Positions 21,051-33,565 of a stretch of 64,000 bases of DNA are shown here, piece after piece. The first letter of the stretch is position 1. Each line of letters starts with the position of its first letter. The stretch is from Antedon mediterranea. Lineage: Eukaryota; Animalia; Echinodermata. The notes beneath the pieces were generated by a model. It searched no databases and had not been told where the DNA came from. It saw only the letters and a list, made by a program, of their open reading frames with translations. Location: positions 17,208,912 to 17,272,911 of the forward strand of contig NC_092675.1 of NCBI RefSeq assembly GCF_964355755.1. Reading direction: 5' to 3'. A program made the translations under genes and the position numbers.

Positions 21051-24000
21051 ATGGAAGAAAACAACGAAATTATTGTTGGCGAAGAGGATGGAACCGGGAT
21101 TAGGAAAGAAACATTCTCTGGATTTCTCAAGAAAAATCTTTTGATAATACTTCTGATGACTTCATTGGTCTTAGGATGTAGTCTTGGATTCATTTTAAGA
21201 CTAGCCACTGACATCGAGTTTACAGACGATCAAGTGGAGTACATCCTCTTTCCGGGAGTTCTTTTTCTTAACATGCTAAAAGTCTTAATCATTCCTCTGA
21301 TCGCGTCAAGTCTAATATCTGGAATGGCGAATCTTGATCAACAGGCATCTGGTAAACTTGGTTCTCGTGCAGTTATATACTACTTCTTAACCACTGCAAT
21401 TGCCGTCATTCTTGGTATCGTTATGGTAGTCTCCATTAAACCGGGGAATATTAATGATGATGCTGAAGAGATTGATAGAATTGGAACATCAGAACCAGTA
21501 GATACGGCCGATGCGTTTATGGATCTCTTACGGTAACTAAAACCATTTCAATCCTTTTTATTGAACTAAAAAGTATTCTTGGCATATTTATGGTCGAAAT
21601 TAAGATATTGAACCTGACCTGACGAGAATATGACGAAAGCCTTAGTGTTAAATATTAGGACAATTTTAGAAATTGTATGTACATTTGAACTAAATAACTA
21701 CTTTACTTTGGTATGAGAAGCCAGTTCGTTGTATTGTGTGCGTATAAGATTTACGTTCACTTATTTACAGTACTCCTTCAATATTGATTTAGTCAGATCT
21801 GTACACAAACTTATTTCATTACCTTTTGGAAAAACAGCCTTTGCTGTATACATAAAGGACCTGCAAACATTAACCGAAACTATTACATAAAAAGGTAATA
21901 CCTGCCTTTCAGATAATTTAAATAAGACTCTATGTATAGACCCGGATGTTGCTACGTCTACTAATTTTATTATTTCAGAAAAAGAATTTTATTTAATTAA
22001 ACCCATTTCATCAAGAAAAAACACAAAATAGAACATTAGAAAGAGTTTATACTGGTTTACCCAAACAGCGAATTAAATCACTGTCAAGTGGGCTTACAAA
22101 CTGGAATCTATATATAAATTAACGTAAGTGAATATTACATATAGAATACTCGATGGTATATAAAGTTGGTTCGTACTTTCGGTACTGATTTTAACCACCT
22201 AACCCTAACCCTACCCTGTTTACTAATTAAATTGAGTTAGATAATTAGTTATTGACAATTAAAAAGAATTTAGGTGGTTCAACGATTTGTCCCAAATAGG
22301 GGGTTTTCCGACCGTGGTAATGGATGTTGTCCATCTTGAAAAATACCACCACACAATAATACGAAGATGCTTTGCATCTTCCTATCTCCTCCTTCGATAA
22401 TTGTTTTTAATAGCTGAAAACCAGTTTAATAGCTCGAGTACAGCATCATAATGTTGAAGACAGGCCGATTTTCTTTAAAAAATACTATTTTGATAGATTT
22501 AAGGCCCTGTTCAGACCCATGGCGTCAGACCGTTTTAGCGTACAACGTTACTAGCAAGGTCACGTTACAAACCGCAGAGAAAAAAACGAGGTGTTCAGAC
22601 CCATAGCGTACGATTATCGAACGGAAGTACGTCATTCAGGTTGTTTCTAGTTGCATATTCATGTGCTCTTACCCACGTGTTTTCATCATTATTTCCACTG
22701 TGTATAGGCCTAGATCTCAGCCCTACAATTATGACAAAATTTGCCGTAAATAAAACAACATACCTCAGCATTTATTTAAGAAAAATATAGTAAAGCCAAA
22801 TTTCTGTTTCTATTGTTTTTATTTTGTATTAAAAAACATTTTCCCCAGGTTCTTGTGTTACGAAAATAAAGCAGGCCTCCTAATGATGAAGAAATTGATT
22901 GTGATTAGTCTATCCAGTCCAGTCAAAGATATATATTCTTTGTTCCAGTAGGTTTTAAATAACCCTTAACTTGCTAAATAAAAGGGACACAGCTCCTCTT
23001 GTTTGTTTACTGATTTTTTTAGGAGTTAGGGGGTTTTCAGCATTAAACTTGTCCAGTCTAGTCTGCCTTGTATATGAATGAGTGACTTGATGTCCCACGC
23101 TAGTTTTTAGCTTGAATGAAATGCGTGAATGACTCTAGGCCTAGCTAGGCCTAAAAGCGGATGGGATCGTAGTCCCTATGTTTAAATACAAGGTGCATGT
23201 ATTTATGTCATTTGTTAGAAAATATAATGGTAATCAGTTGATAGTAGTTTGTAGCCTTTGTAACAGTTGTATTTGTAGTGTAGTTAGGCCTTATTTATTC
23301 TGGCCTTTTTGTTATTGAAATCCATCTCACACATTGACGATACAAGATGTCAGCCTAGGTCAAACCTTGTATCGCGTCATAACAGGAAACGTTCTGATTG
23401 GATACAACGTTGACTTACAGTAGCGTCGTACGCTAAAACGGTACTATCAACCGTTTTCCACTACAACGCTACAACCGTTGTACGACGCGTTGTACGCTAA
23501 TCCCCAACTGTTCAGACACACATTCTTTTAGCGTCGTACGCTAAAACGGTCTAACGCCATGGGTCTGAACAGGGCCTAAATAGCTTACGTTTTTACAAAT
23601 GTATTTGATTTGCGATAAATGGAACATTCCAATCTCTGTCTATTCTCTCAGGCGTCTTATAAAGGCAAATAACAGAAATTCGATCCTTTTTTTACAATCT
23701 GTGCTGCAGAGGTTGGATATATATATATGTATTTTTTTTAAACGGATAATGAGCTAGCGTTTTCAGTCGCCGTCTATGTATGTATATTCAACTTTATTAT
23801 TGCAGTTAAACCACCACCCACACTCCCACCCTCCCCCTCACTGACATGAGTAGCGTTGTAAAGCCAGTAGAGGATAGGCCTACAGTACGAAGGATCACGC
23901 AGAACAACTTTGGTGGGTAGGAACCAACTTAAGTATGAAGTGGCTCTAAAACAAATTGAAAACCATTAAGTTGAGTTAGATAATTATTGACGATTGTTTA

Positions 24001-27000
24001 ATTGTTTTACATTATGTAAACACATATACATAAACTTTATTACTGACTGTTGCTTCTCAACGTTTGTATTAATTAATACTGTAATTACAAAAATTATCAA
24101 CGTCGTAGTGATGTATCGTTACATGTACGGGTACATGTACTGTACTATTTCAATCAACTATAAGACGGTGATAGTTTCAACAAAGTATTACATCGCAATG
24201 TTTTACTGTGTTCATATTTCGTTACTGAGTGGATAAAGAAAATATTTAAAAATTCCTCTTACACCCATCCTCTTCCCCATCCCTGATCAACCCTAATGTT
24301 ACATATAAAACACCAATTAAGTTTGTTTCAAACAATTGGTCTCATTTTGTGACTAGTTTCTCTTTCGGAAGTAATTCCCAGGGTGCTAATTTTAATTTAG
24401 TGCATAAATCACCGTGTCTATTTATTCGTTCCTGTAAATGACATTTCCTGTGGTACGACAGTTTTTTAACGCTGAAATTAATATGTATTCGAGAACCATC
24501 TGTGGGCACGACCTAGCGTACCACCTAGTATATATAATGATTAAAATAGATTATAATTTTGTAATAAATAAATAAATTTACAACAGAGAAGCAACAAAAT
24601 CTACGAAAATATTTATAAAACAATAAAAATGTTTAAAACATTGCAGATATGAATAGTTTTTGTAACATAATTTTGTTCATTAACGAATTTATAGACCCAT
24701 GAGGATATATTATCTTCAAATCTATCGCTAACTACCGGTACATGATTCACTCTAAGTCGCAAAACATTTCCATTTTTCATTATGACTTATTATCTTATTG
24801 TTGCGCCGACAAACTATGAATTTCTAAGACTCGGGGTCGAGCCGCGCCTCGATTGGCATTTAGTATTCGGTCACATTTTCTATTTGCAGTTTTAAGTAAA
24901 TTCATAAATATGCTTTATTTGATTTCTCAGAAATATCTTTCCACCAAATATTGTCGAAGCTTGTATGAGAACTGTAAGTCATCGTTTGTTATATCAAATG
25001 TTATTCCAGATATTTACTCTGATATGACTAAACTGTTTAAAACGATTAAAATTAATAAAAGAAAAAAAAGATTTTTTATTCCCTTCGTATTTTATTTATA
25101 TATAGGCCTAAGGTCATTGACAATAAACCCAACATTATTTCCTGTTCGTATTTTCTTGGGATATTGTCAAGAAGTATTATAATTGTCTATAGCATTATGA
25201 AGGCACATTCAATACCAATGAATATGATGTAAATGCGTTGAAATAAAATTTAAACAAGGCGTAGTATATTGAAGAACCCATACTTCTAAACATAATATTT
25301 ATGCCTTACTTACCGTTCAGTGTGTACTCCTTTCATTGTATAGTACAAGACACGTCAGATTGCAGTTGAAAATGAAATGATGAATAAGACTGAGAAGGTG
25401 GTGTATGAATCTTCTGGGGGTTTTGAGGATAAATCGAACATTCTTGGCATAGTAGTTTTCTCAGTCGCATTCGGAATTGTTCTTGGAAGAATGAAGGAAA
25501 GTGGTGACCCGCTGAGAGCGTTCTTCAACTCATTAAACGAAGCAGTCATGCAGTTGGTAAAGGTTGTAATTTGGTAAGACTTCATGATGATCACCAGAGA
25601 TATAGCCTAAATGACAATAATTATGATAATAAAAATATAAACGGCAAAACTAAAAAATAAAGGTAAATGTTGTAATCTAAGTTTGGTGTTATGGAATGAA
25701 AAATCATGGCGACCAGCACATCTTATGGATGATGGTGTGGAGTAGAACAACGTGATTTCTTGACTTATAGAATACCAACCTAACGGGAAAAGCTCAATCC
25801 AAAAAGTTTAAAATTTCCGCCGGTTTTCCACTATGAAATTTACTGAAAGAGTCGTGAGTTACAACCATGGCATTATGTCAAAATTGAACCCTGACATTGT
25901 CATGATTGAAACATAGACTTTGGGATTAGACGGCAAGCACGAATCACCGAGCTACAGCTCCAATAATCTTAGTTTTTTCTTGATTTTCTTTGATTTCAGG
26001 GTCTCACCAATCGGAATTTTCTTTCTTATCATGGGAAAAATAATTGAGATGGACGATTGGGCAAAAATGTTTTCTCAGATCGGCATGTACATGGTAACAG
26101 TTATTGCAGGATTGGCAATTCATGGACTGTTCATACTACCCTTGCTGTACCTAATATTTGTCCGCAGGAACCCATACAAATACTTAAGCGGGGTCACCCC
26201 AGCTCTAATGACGGCATTTGGTACGGCATCCAGGTAATGTAGGTCTATGATTGACTGAGGATTTCTATAAATAAAACGTTTTACAGCGATGTGTGTATAT
26301 ATAAATATAGAAACTAATTATAGACAATTTGAACAAAACCGTAACTTTATCAATCATCTGTCAAGTAAATGTACAAGATCCTATCATGTAAAATAAGTTC
26401 TAGGAAACTCGTTTCCGTCAACTTCTAGAGAGGTAGGCCTAAATCCATGCGTCAGAACCAAAACATTAATAATAACAAAAGCATATGCCTACGTTTCGTT
26501 TTTGTAATTACGTTTTTATATAATGTTCCCATGTCTATTTCGTTAGTTCTGCTACATTGCCACTAACGATCACGTGTTTGGAAGAAAACAATCGCATTGA
26601 CAAACGTGTAACTCGTTTTGTACTTCCCATCGGAGCTACCATCAACATGGACGGCACGGCCCTCTATGAAGCAGTGGCAGCAATATTTATTGCCCAGGTG
26701 AACGGAATAGACTTGGACTTCAAAGACATAATCACAATAAGGTATAGTTTAAAATTAATTATGTAATCAATATAATATAATTGTGTTTTTCTGTATATAA
26801 TAAAATAGTTCTAAACAGATCAAGTTGGGAATAAAAACATTTTATTTAAAATATTGTTTATCAAATTTCTGATCTTTCCCTATCCTCTAGAAAGTATGAA
26901 CATCTATTTCTAAAATATAAGTAGGCCTAACCTCCTATCGTCTGCTCTCGGGGCATGGAATGTGGTGCGAATCAATATTAAGACTGTAATGTGTAGGCCA

Positions 27001-27869
27001 TTGTTTCAAAGGAAAGGAGTTGGTGATATCAACATTTTTATTTTTTTTAACGTTAGTATCACTGCCACCCTCGCCAGTGTCGGGGCTGCGGGTGTGCCAC
27101 AAGCTGGTTTGGTCACCATGGTAATAGTTCTTAACGCAGTCGGTCTTCCAGCAGAAGATGTCACTTTGATACTTGTCATTGATTGGTTTTTGTAAGTTTC
27201 ACATTAGTGACATTACACCCTCCTTCGGTCTATACTCTGTATAGTAGCTGTTTTACTCCATGTCTTTTATCGTTTCTTTCTATGTTGTTAGTACAGTAGT
27301 AGTACTCTCATTTAAGTACCATTCTTTTTAAAAACTACACTACTCTATATGGGTATCACACGCCATATGTACAGCTATGTCAGCTACTTTAAGAATATTA
27401 AAGCGAATCGTCGTCTTCTATACAACCTATGCAGGCTGTCTACAATGTGACGACATCAGTGGCGTAATTAGAGGACCCATCTTTCGTTTTGTCCTATCCG
27501 AATTAGGCTTATAATCGAATTTAAATCAATTTTACAAACAATTCAATTCAGAATGTAAAATGAAATATTATTTAACAGTATATTATCATTAGTAGACCTA
27601 TTCATTTATTATTTAATTATATAGGCATAATCAACAAATACCCTATTTAATATTTATACTCAATTTAATTAAACAGGGATCGTATTCGAACAACGGTAAA
27701 TGTTGAAGGCGATTCGTTTGGGGCTGGAATTATAGCGCATCTGTGCAGGAATGATCTAGCAGAAATCGATGCCTCTGCCGAAAAACTGCCTAATGCATAT
27801 TCCAATGCTGGTTATGACGTTATTGAACCGACTTTCGTCAACGTAGATAACGCTGATACTAAATTTTAA
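21051..27869 (+). CDS. SLC1-family excitatory amino acid transporter (EAAT; glutamate/aspartate:Na+ symporter), paralog A, 503 aa, 7 exons
   Basis: Exons 21051-21532, 24931-24973, 25344-25573, 26000-26233, 26547-26741, 27057-27191, 27677-27869 (TAA), all GT-AG, phases consistent, 1512 nt. Motifs [25 protein letters not shown] (HP1), [22 protein letters not shown] (TM7), [16 protein letters not shown] (HP2), [16 protein letters not shown] (TM8). Confidence 0.95.
22242..24530 (+). mobile_element. Helitron-like non-autonomous repeat (interrupted by the Harbinger MITE); related copy at ~52990-54100
   Basis: Shared colinear blocks (TAATTAGTTATTGACAATTAAAA..., ACTTTATTA.TGC.GTT...CACCACC, GTATTCGAGAACCATCTGTGGG); ends in small hairpin + CTAG|T at ~24503-24529; a related hairpin+CTAG end on - strand at ~55624-55695. 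Confidence 0.55.
22503..23576. mobile_element. PIF/Harbinger-type MITE with TAA target-site duplication
   Basis: TIR GGCCCTGTTCAGACCCATGGCGT..AGACCGTTTTAGCGTAC and its inverse; TAA at 22500-22502 and 23577-23579; an empty-site copy of the flanks exists at ~53240-53310. Confidence 0.9.
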
Positions 27870-28056
27870 ACACCGATATTGATATTCAACTATTATAGGC
27901 CTATCCTATAATTAGATTTACCGTATTAAGTGTGAAGAGAATATTTTGATTTTGCTGTGTTAGACTGTTAGCATATTTCAACATTAGCTTCTAAATGGTT
28001 GTATCAGGGAGTTTTTTACAACTCCCTGGTTACATAATGTGTGTGTTTTTAGTTTA

Positions 28057-28572
28057 AAGGCCAGGTGCGGACAAAAAATTCTATTGATCATACATTCCAA
28101 TAATTATCGATCTATAGATTCCCCTATGTTTCATAATTTTTGGGATTTTATTTGTGTTACACGAGCTTGTTGAAAATAAGTACTTTCTTATCAGTGGGGG
28201 GGGGGGGGGGGAATTACACAGTAAAATCTCTATTCTTTTGTACACAAATTTTGTTAAAAGAAAGTGGTAAAAAATGTTATCAAATGACTAAATATAAGTA
28301 ATATAACTTTAATTTTACATTTCTGGTATTTTTATTCAACTTCAGATTTTTATTTTCATGCTATAGCAAAAATTATCCACCGTATGTCCACCATCTTTTT
28401 TCACCTTCTAGGGAGTCACCAGAAATGTTAACATTAGGTTAAACTACCTAATTTTGTATTTGACCATATTAAAAGAAATTCATGTTTTTTCGTCTTGATT
28501 TCTGTTACAAATATTTGATTTATGTACAATTAACCAGATATTATATTTAAAAATCATGCCTGTACCTGAGCT
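28057..28572. mobile_element. Kolobok-like non-autonomous element (TTAA flanks); partial copy at ~17525-17751
   Basis: TTAA-AGGCCAGGTGC ... CCTGTACCTGAGCT-TTAA imperfect TIRs; 3' ~200 bp shared with 17525-17751. Confidence 0.55.
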
Positions 28573-29619
28573 TTAAGGTTAATGCGGAGGGGAGTAACAT
28601 CAGAGGTGAATTGGTTATCTTACAAAATGGAGGCATATTTATTAAACGAAATGCTTAATATTAATTCGGCTACATTGAGGAGTAAACTCTTACACCAATG
28701 CTATAGAATAGTATTGTTATCATCGACACAATGCCATTATGTATAAAAAAGTAATAGTAATGTAACTCCTTATATTGTAAGATTATGCTGAACCAAAATT
28801 ATTGAATTTTAGGCCTATATCTAAAGTCTCCAGTTATTTCAGCAAGAAGTATGTACTTTCTTAAGCTAGGCCTATCAAACTTATGTGACAAAAATGTGAT
28901 GTTCCCATATACGGACATAATGATGTCATCACTTCCATAATATATATATATTTGATACGGTAGTGTAGACAGAGCTTTAGTTTTTCAAAATTGCTATACA
29001 TGCAGGCCGAATTTACGTTTTTAATAACTGAGCTTGCATGTTATCTGCTCCTAATGTATTACATGTTAGTACATACGGTAGTTTTAATTTCTTTGTAGAA
29101 TACAGAAGTTCATTTTTGTCCACCTTAACTGACTAGCGCAAGTCATCGGTGAATCAAAACGCACGGCAAGATAATACGATGTGTCAGGATTTTTTTTAGG
29201 CAAATTGCCAAGGATAACCATAAGCGAATTCATTCACTATCCTTCTTAAATGTGGCAAATCCTGTTTACAAGACAAACATATCAAGGGCGGTCGCAGAAG
29301 GGGGTTTCCCACGAGTCCAGGACCGTAGATGGCCATACGGAAATTTGGCTCAATGTTACAGACATAAGATGAAGATAAACAGGGTACTACTGAAATACTT
29401 TAATGATGGGGATTCTCCGGCAACGTTAGGTTATTATATATGATAAAATGGGATCTAAATTTAAATTTAGTGACAGAAAAAACATGAAATTAGCATGAAA
29501 TTAAGGGTGTTGCCCGGGCAACTGGGACAACCCCCTGCGCCCGCCCCTGCATATACACAAGATGCTCTACATAAACAAAGTCTTATTACAAGTCTGGGAG
29601 CGGAGATGTAATTTGTCAT

Positions 29620-29704
29620 TAGAAAAAAATCCAGACATAATTATGACAGGACTTGAACACAGGACCCTTAGGTTGGTAGCCAAGCACCATAACCACCAAG
29701 CCAC
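29620..29704 (-). mobile_element. Degenerate tRNA-derived SINE head
   Basis: Reverse complement TGTGGCTTGGTGGTTATGGTGCTTGGCTACCAACCTAAGGGTCCTGTGTTCAAGTCCTGT has A- and B-box; similar relics near 6355-6415, 25880-25960, 37305-37375. Confidence 0.5.
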
Positions 29705-30090
29705 AACTCTAAAATCTAAAAACTCCTCTGAGACCATGTCAGAAACACTTTTCCTTCACATATTTTTATAATATATTATATTTATAAATATCAGCAGTAA
29801 CAAAAAACATGTTAAAGTACGATAGCATGTCATTCAGCTTATTGATAAAATTGGTCATAGAAGACAGCAACTTACACATACAGTCAATAGATATAACACA
29901 ATCAAACAAATTTGTTTGAAATCCGGATTTATTTCAACCTAATTGTAATCTCAAATACAGAATAATAATAAAAAAAGTATTCATAATAAAAATGCCTATA
30001 AAGACGAAACAAACAAAACTGGGTTTAGGTTTATCACGACATACGTCCACCATGTGGAAGAAACAAGTAGGCCTAAAACACTAATAATTG

Positions 30091-31500
30091 ATAATTGGTT
30101 ATCCGCACTTGGCGGATAACCCTTTGTTATTGTCTTATTCTTATTTCTTTCCCAGAATTTTGTTGCACGTGTATCTCTAATTTTTGTGGACATCGTATAA
30201 CTTTTTCAGAAGATTGACTTTAAACTGTAGATGTGCAGATAACTTTGTAATAATGACGTTAGAGTCGCGCATTATGACATTTTATGATTGCTCATAAATT
30301 CTGACTTGGCGGATAACCCTTTGTTATTGTCTTATTCTTATTTCTTTCCCAGAATTTTGTTGCACGTGTATCTCTAATTTTTGTGGACATCGTATAACTT
30401 TTTCAGAAGATTGACTTTAAACTGTAGATGTGCAGATAACTTTGTAATAATGACGTTAGAGTCGCGCATTATGACATTTTATGATTGCTCATAAATTCTG
30501 AGCAAAAAAATTTGTCAACGAATCTTTATGAAATTTTATTTCATAATATGGAGCAACTTTTGACCTGATAAAAATAGCGTGCTACGCAAAAAATTACGCG
30601 AGTTCGCGTATTTGATATTTCAAAATGCGCAAAATTTCTAATCAATTTTTGCCTACATTTCAGGTCATTTTAACAATTTCAAAATTTGATATTTTGTTTG
30701 CGTTTTGCGCACGCGCTTGTGAGCACAGCCCGTACAAAGCTTAGAAAATGGTTTTTGCAATTGTTTTTTGTTTTTCATACCACCTGTAATAGGTAATTTA
30801 ATGCGAATTTGTGCAAAAATATACCTATATTTAATCAGTTTTAGCTCCTCAGGATGGCTGGTAACCCATTTTTTTTTAAATGTATTTATGGAAGCTGATG
30901 AGTTGTAGATCAATTGATGTAAAATTTGTACCTAACGGATGTTCTGACGTCACCATATGGCCACTCGAATTTTAAAAATAGAACTGTTTTCGCTTATGCT
31001 TATCCCATTTCGACCTAGATTTTAATATGTTCTTTCTCAATCAATTATCTTTCACATGCGTTGAACAAATTTGACTTTTTCCTACGTCATCATATTAAAA
31101 AATTAGAATAACGTGACCTATTTAATTTCGTCTATACAGTATATTTCAATCTGTTACAGCTCATCAGAATGAAAAGTGACCCGCATTATTAAAACTTAAA
31201 ATGGAAGCTGTGGAATTATAAATATGAATTCCTATAAAAATTGTGTCTATTTGATGTCATGACGTCATCATATGGCCGGTCAAAAAGTCAGATTTTCATC
31301 TGTTTCGTAAAAATTAACCGCATTTAAAATAGCACGCATCTCGCTTTTTTGTGTCTAAAATTCTTCAAATGTTCATTAATGTAATAATCATAGGATGGCA
31401 TAATAATTGTCGGCGTTCATATATAATGTATGTGGTGCATGTTGCATTTGCGCGGATAACCCAAACTCGCCAAAAGTGACGATCGAGTTCAAATCTAGTT
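30091..31500 (+). mobile_element. Helentron-type non-autonomous element with internal 197-bp tandem duplication (30107-30303 / 30304-30500)
   Basis: 5' GGTTATCCGC-ACTTG-GCGGATAACC hairpin, 3' GCGGATAACC sub-TIR, stem-loop AACTCG..CGAGTT, terminus AAATCTAGTT; related inverted copy at 39480-40812 and a fragment at ~45750-45970. Confidence 0.7.
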
Positions 31501-33565
31501 TAAATTCCGTCTATTTAGTTAGATTATATCTTTTCTCACAGATACAACAGCTACAAAAGTACTGTATAATGGATTCAGCATTTCAACATTCACCATTCAG
31601 ACATAACTAAATGTCGATATATTGAATCCTAATGCGATGGATGCATTTCATACACAACACTCTCGAACGTAGTTAGTTGATTAAAAGGAATATAGCAACG
31701 CATTCGAAAACATCTAATTGTTACATTAACGATTCCAACAGTTTACACAGTGCAACTACAAAATAAACTGTTTACAGTACAGTACCACACGATTACAGGT
31801 ATTATATATTCATAATTAGGCCACATCGATGAATAAATTAATGCCATTAAAACGCCAAATTCAAAATAGTACTGTTACCAGGCTTTCTATAAATGTTTTT
31901 GCTCAAAATAGTATACAAGAATCTTGTTATAAGACGAATCTATACCCATGTTTTGTCAAATCGCATATACAATATGCCTACATACTATTACAAGTTAGTT
32001 TTGTATTATAGATTTCTTATGTTTAAATAGGCTGAAGGCAGTTATCTATTCCAACTACAGTAGGCCTACAAGCATTTCATAATATTACACTCTAGACAGT
32101 AGGCCTACTGGCAGTACTAAATCGGGGTATGTACATTTCTTAATCATATGCTTTTCTGGTGTTTAAGTTTGTGTCGATGATGAATATGCACAAATATTAA
32201 TTTGCAGAAGAGACCAGAGTGGTACCATTTAGTATATAATTACCTGGCTGTACTACTCTATATATACTGTACATTTTAACGGAAAGTTTGTATAAGGGCC
32301 TACTGTAAATTGTTATGTATTGTAAATACGGAATAAATTTGTTTAGTCACTAATTTAATTGATGTCTAATGATGATAAATTCATGTCCAAATACTGAAAC
32401 CTGTCATAATGGCATATGTACTGTACTTTCAATGCTTGAAATTTCAGCCATACAATTGCTTATAGACTACTAGTGTAGCTCATCCATCTTATTGTAATAT
32501 TAACCTACTCTGAAATCTTAACTTACTTAAATTACAAAACATGCAGCAACAAAGGCTACACATAATTCCAAAAGTCAGGAATACATATTCTAATAAACAA
32601 TATATTCTAAATACCCTGTAATATAAATTCTAATATTGGCTAAGAAAAACTTTTTTTTTTCAAACTAGTTTGATAGTGTAGACAGAGCTTTATACACAAT
32701 ACAAGTGACACTGTATAACATAGTATGTGTATGATACTGAAACAGATCCCATATGTGGAGATACAGTACTGAGAATTGGGTGCTTTAAGAGCCAGATGGC
32801 CTTCTTTCACTCAATTACCTTCACAATTTCATAGTTCATGATAGGCCTACATTTACATGCACTTTTAAGATGCATTTCCTATTTAATAGGCTGTATTACA
32901 ACACAAAAACATGCATATATAGTGTTTACCAAGGCAAACAAACAAAAATCTTTTATAGTTTGTTAAATCTGAATGTCAGGGCTGTATCCACCAATGGTTG
33001 GTAAGGTTTCAACACCACCCACACCACAATGTTGATCAGTGTTTAACAAGAATATCACTACAACTGCTAAAATAGTAATTATTTTGCTTGCCTGACCTTG
33101 ACAAGCACCATTGGTGATCTCCAAAACATTTCTTGTAGCCACACCACTTAAAATCATGTGACTACTGCCCTGATGTTAAAATTTGCTCTCAATTGGTTTT
33201 ATTTTTATCTACTAACTTTAATTTTAAATCTATTAATCCATTAAAATATAAATTTTATATTCTTTTTTCAATGTATAATTTTCTTGTTTGTTTATCAGTT
33301 TGATAATTGTGATACTGTAGTTGTATTTCTTTCATACGGCCTTGCGGAAGAACACATTTTGTTGTAAAATAAAGATTTTATTTTTATTAAGTGGTGGTTT
33401 TACTTCAAAGTGTATTATAATAGAAATGCAGTGAAAGTTAACCTACAAAATTACTAACTCTATATAAGAAGCTGAAATGTTAATTTTTCATAATTCAAGA
33501 ACATATGCAACCAGCAATTGTAAATCTAGCATTTAGCTAAATTGTTCTGCCTCCACAGTGCATGC

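Noticed and set aside
21619-21645. Second hammerhead-like motif CTGACGA-GAATATGAC-GAAAGCC
   Set aside because: Stem II has only one clear pair and no convincing stems I/III; likely chance or badly decayed.
22195-22217. Telomere-like TAACCC repeats
   Set aside because: Only 2-3 imperfect units; common inside invertebrate repeats.
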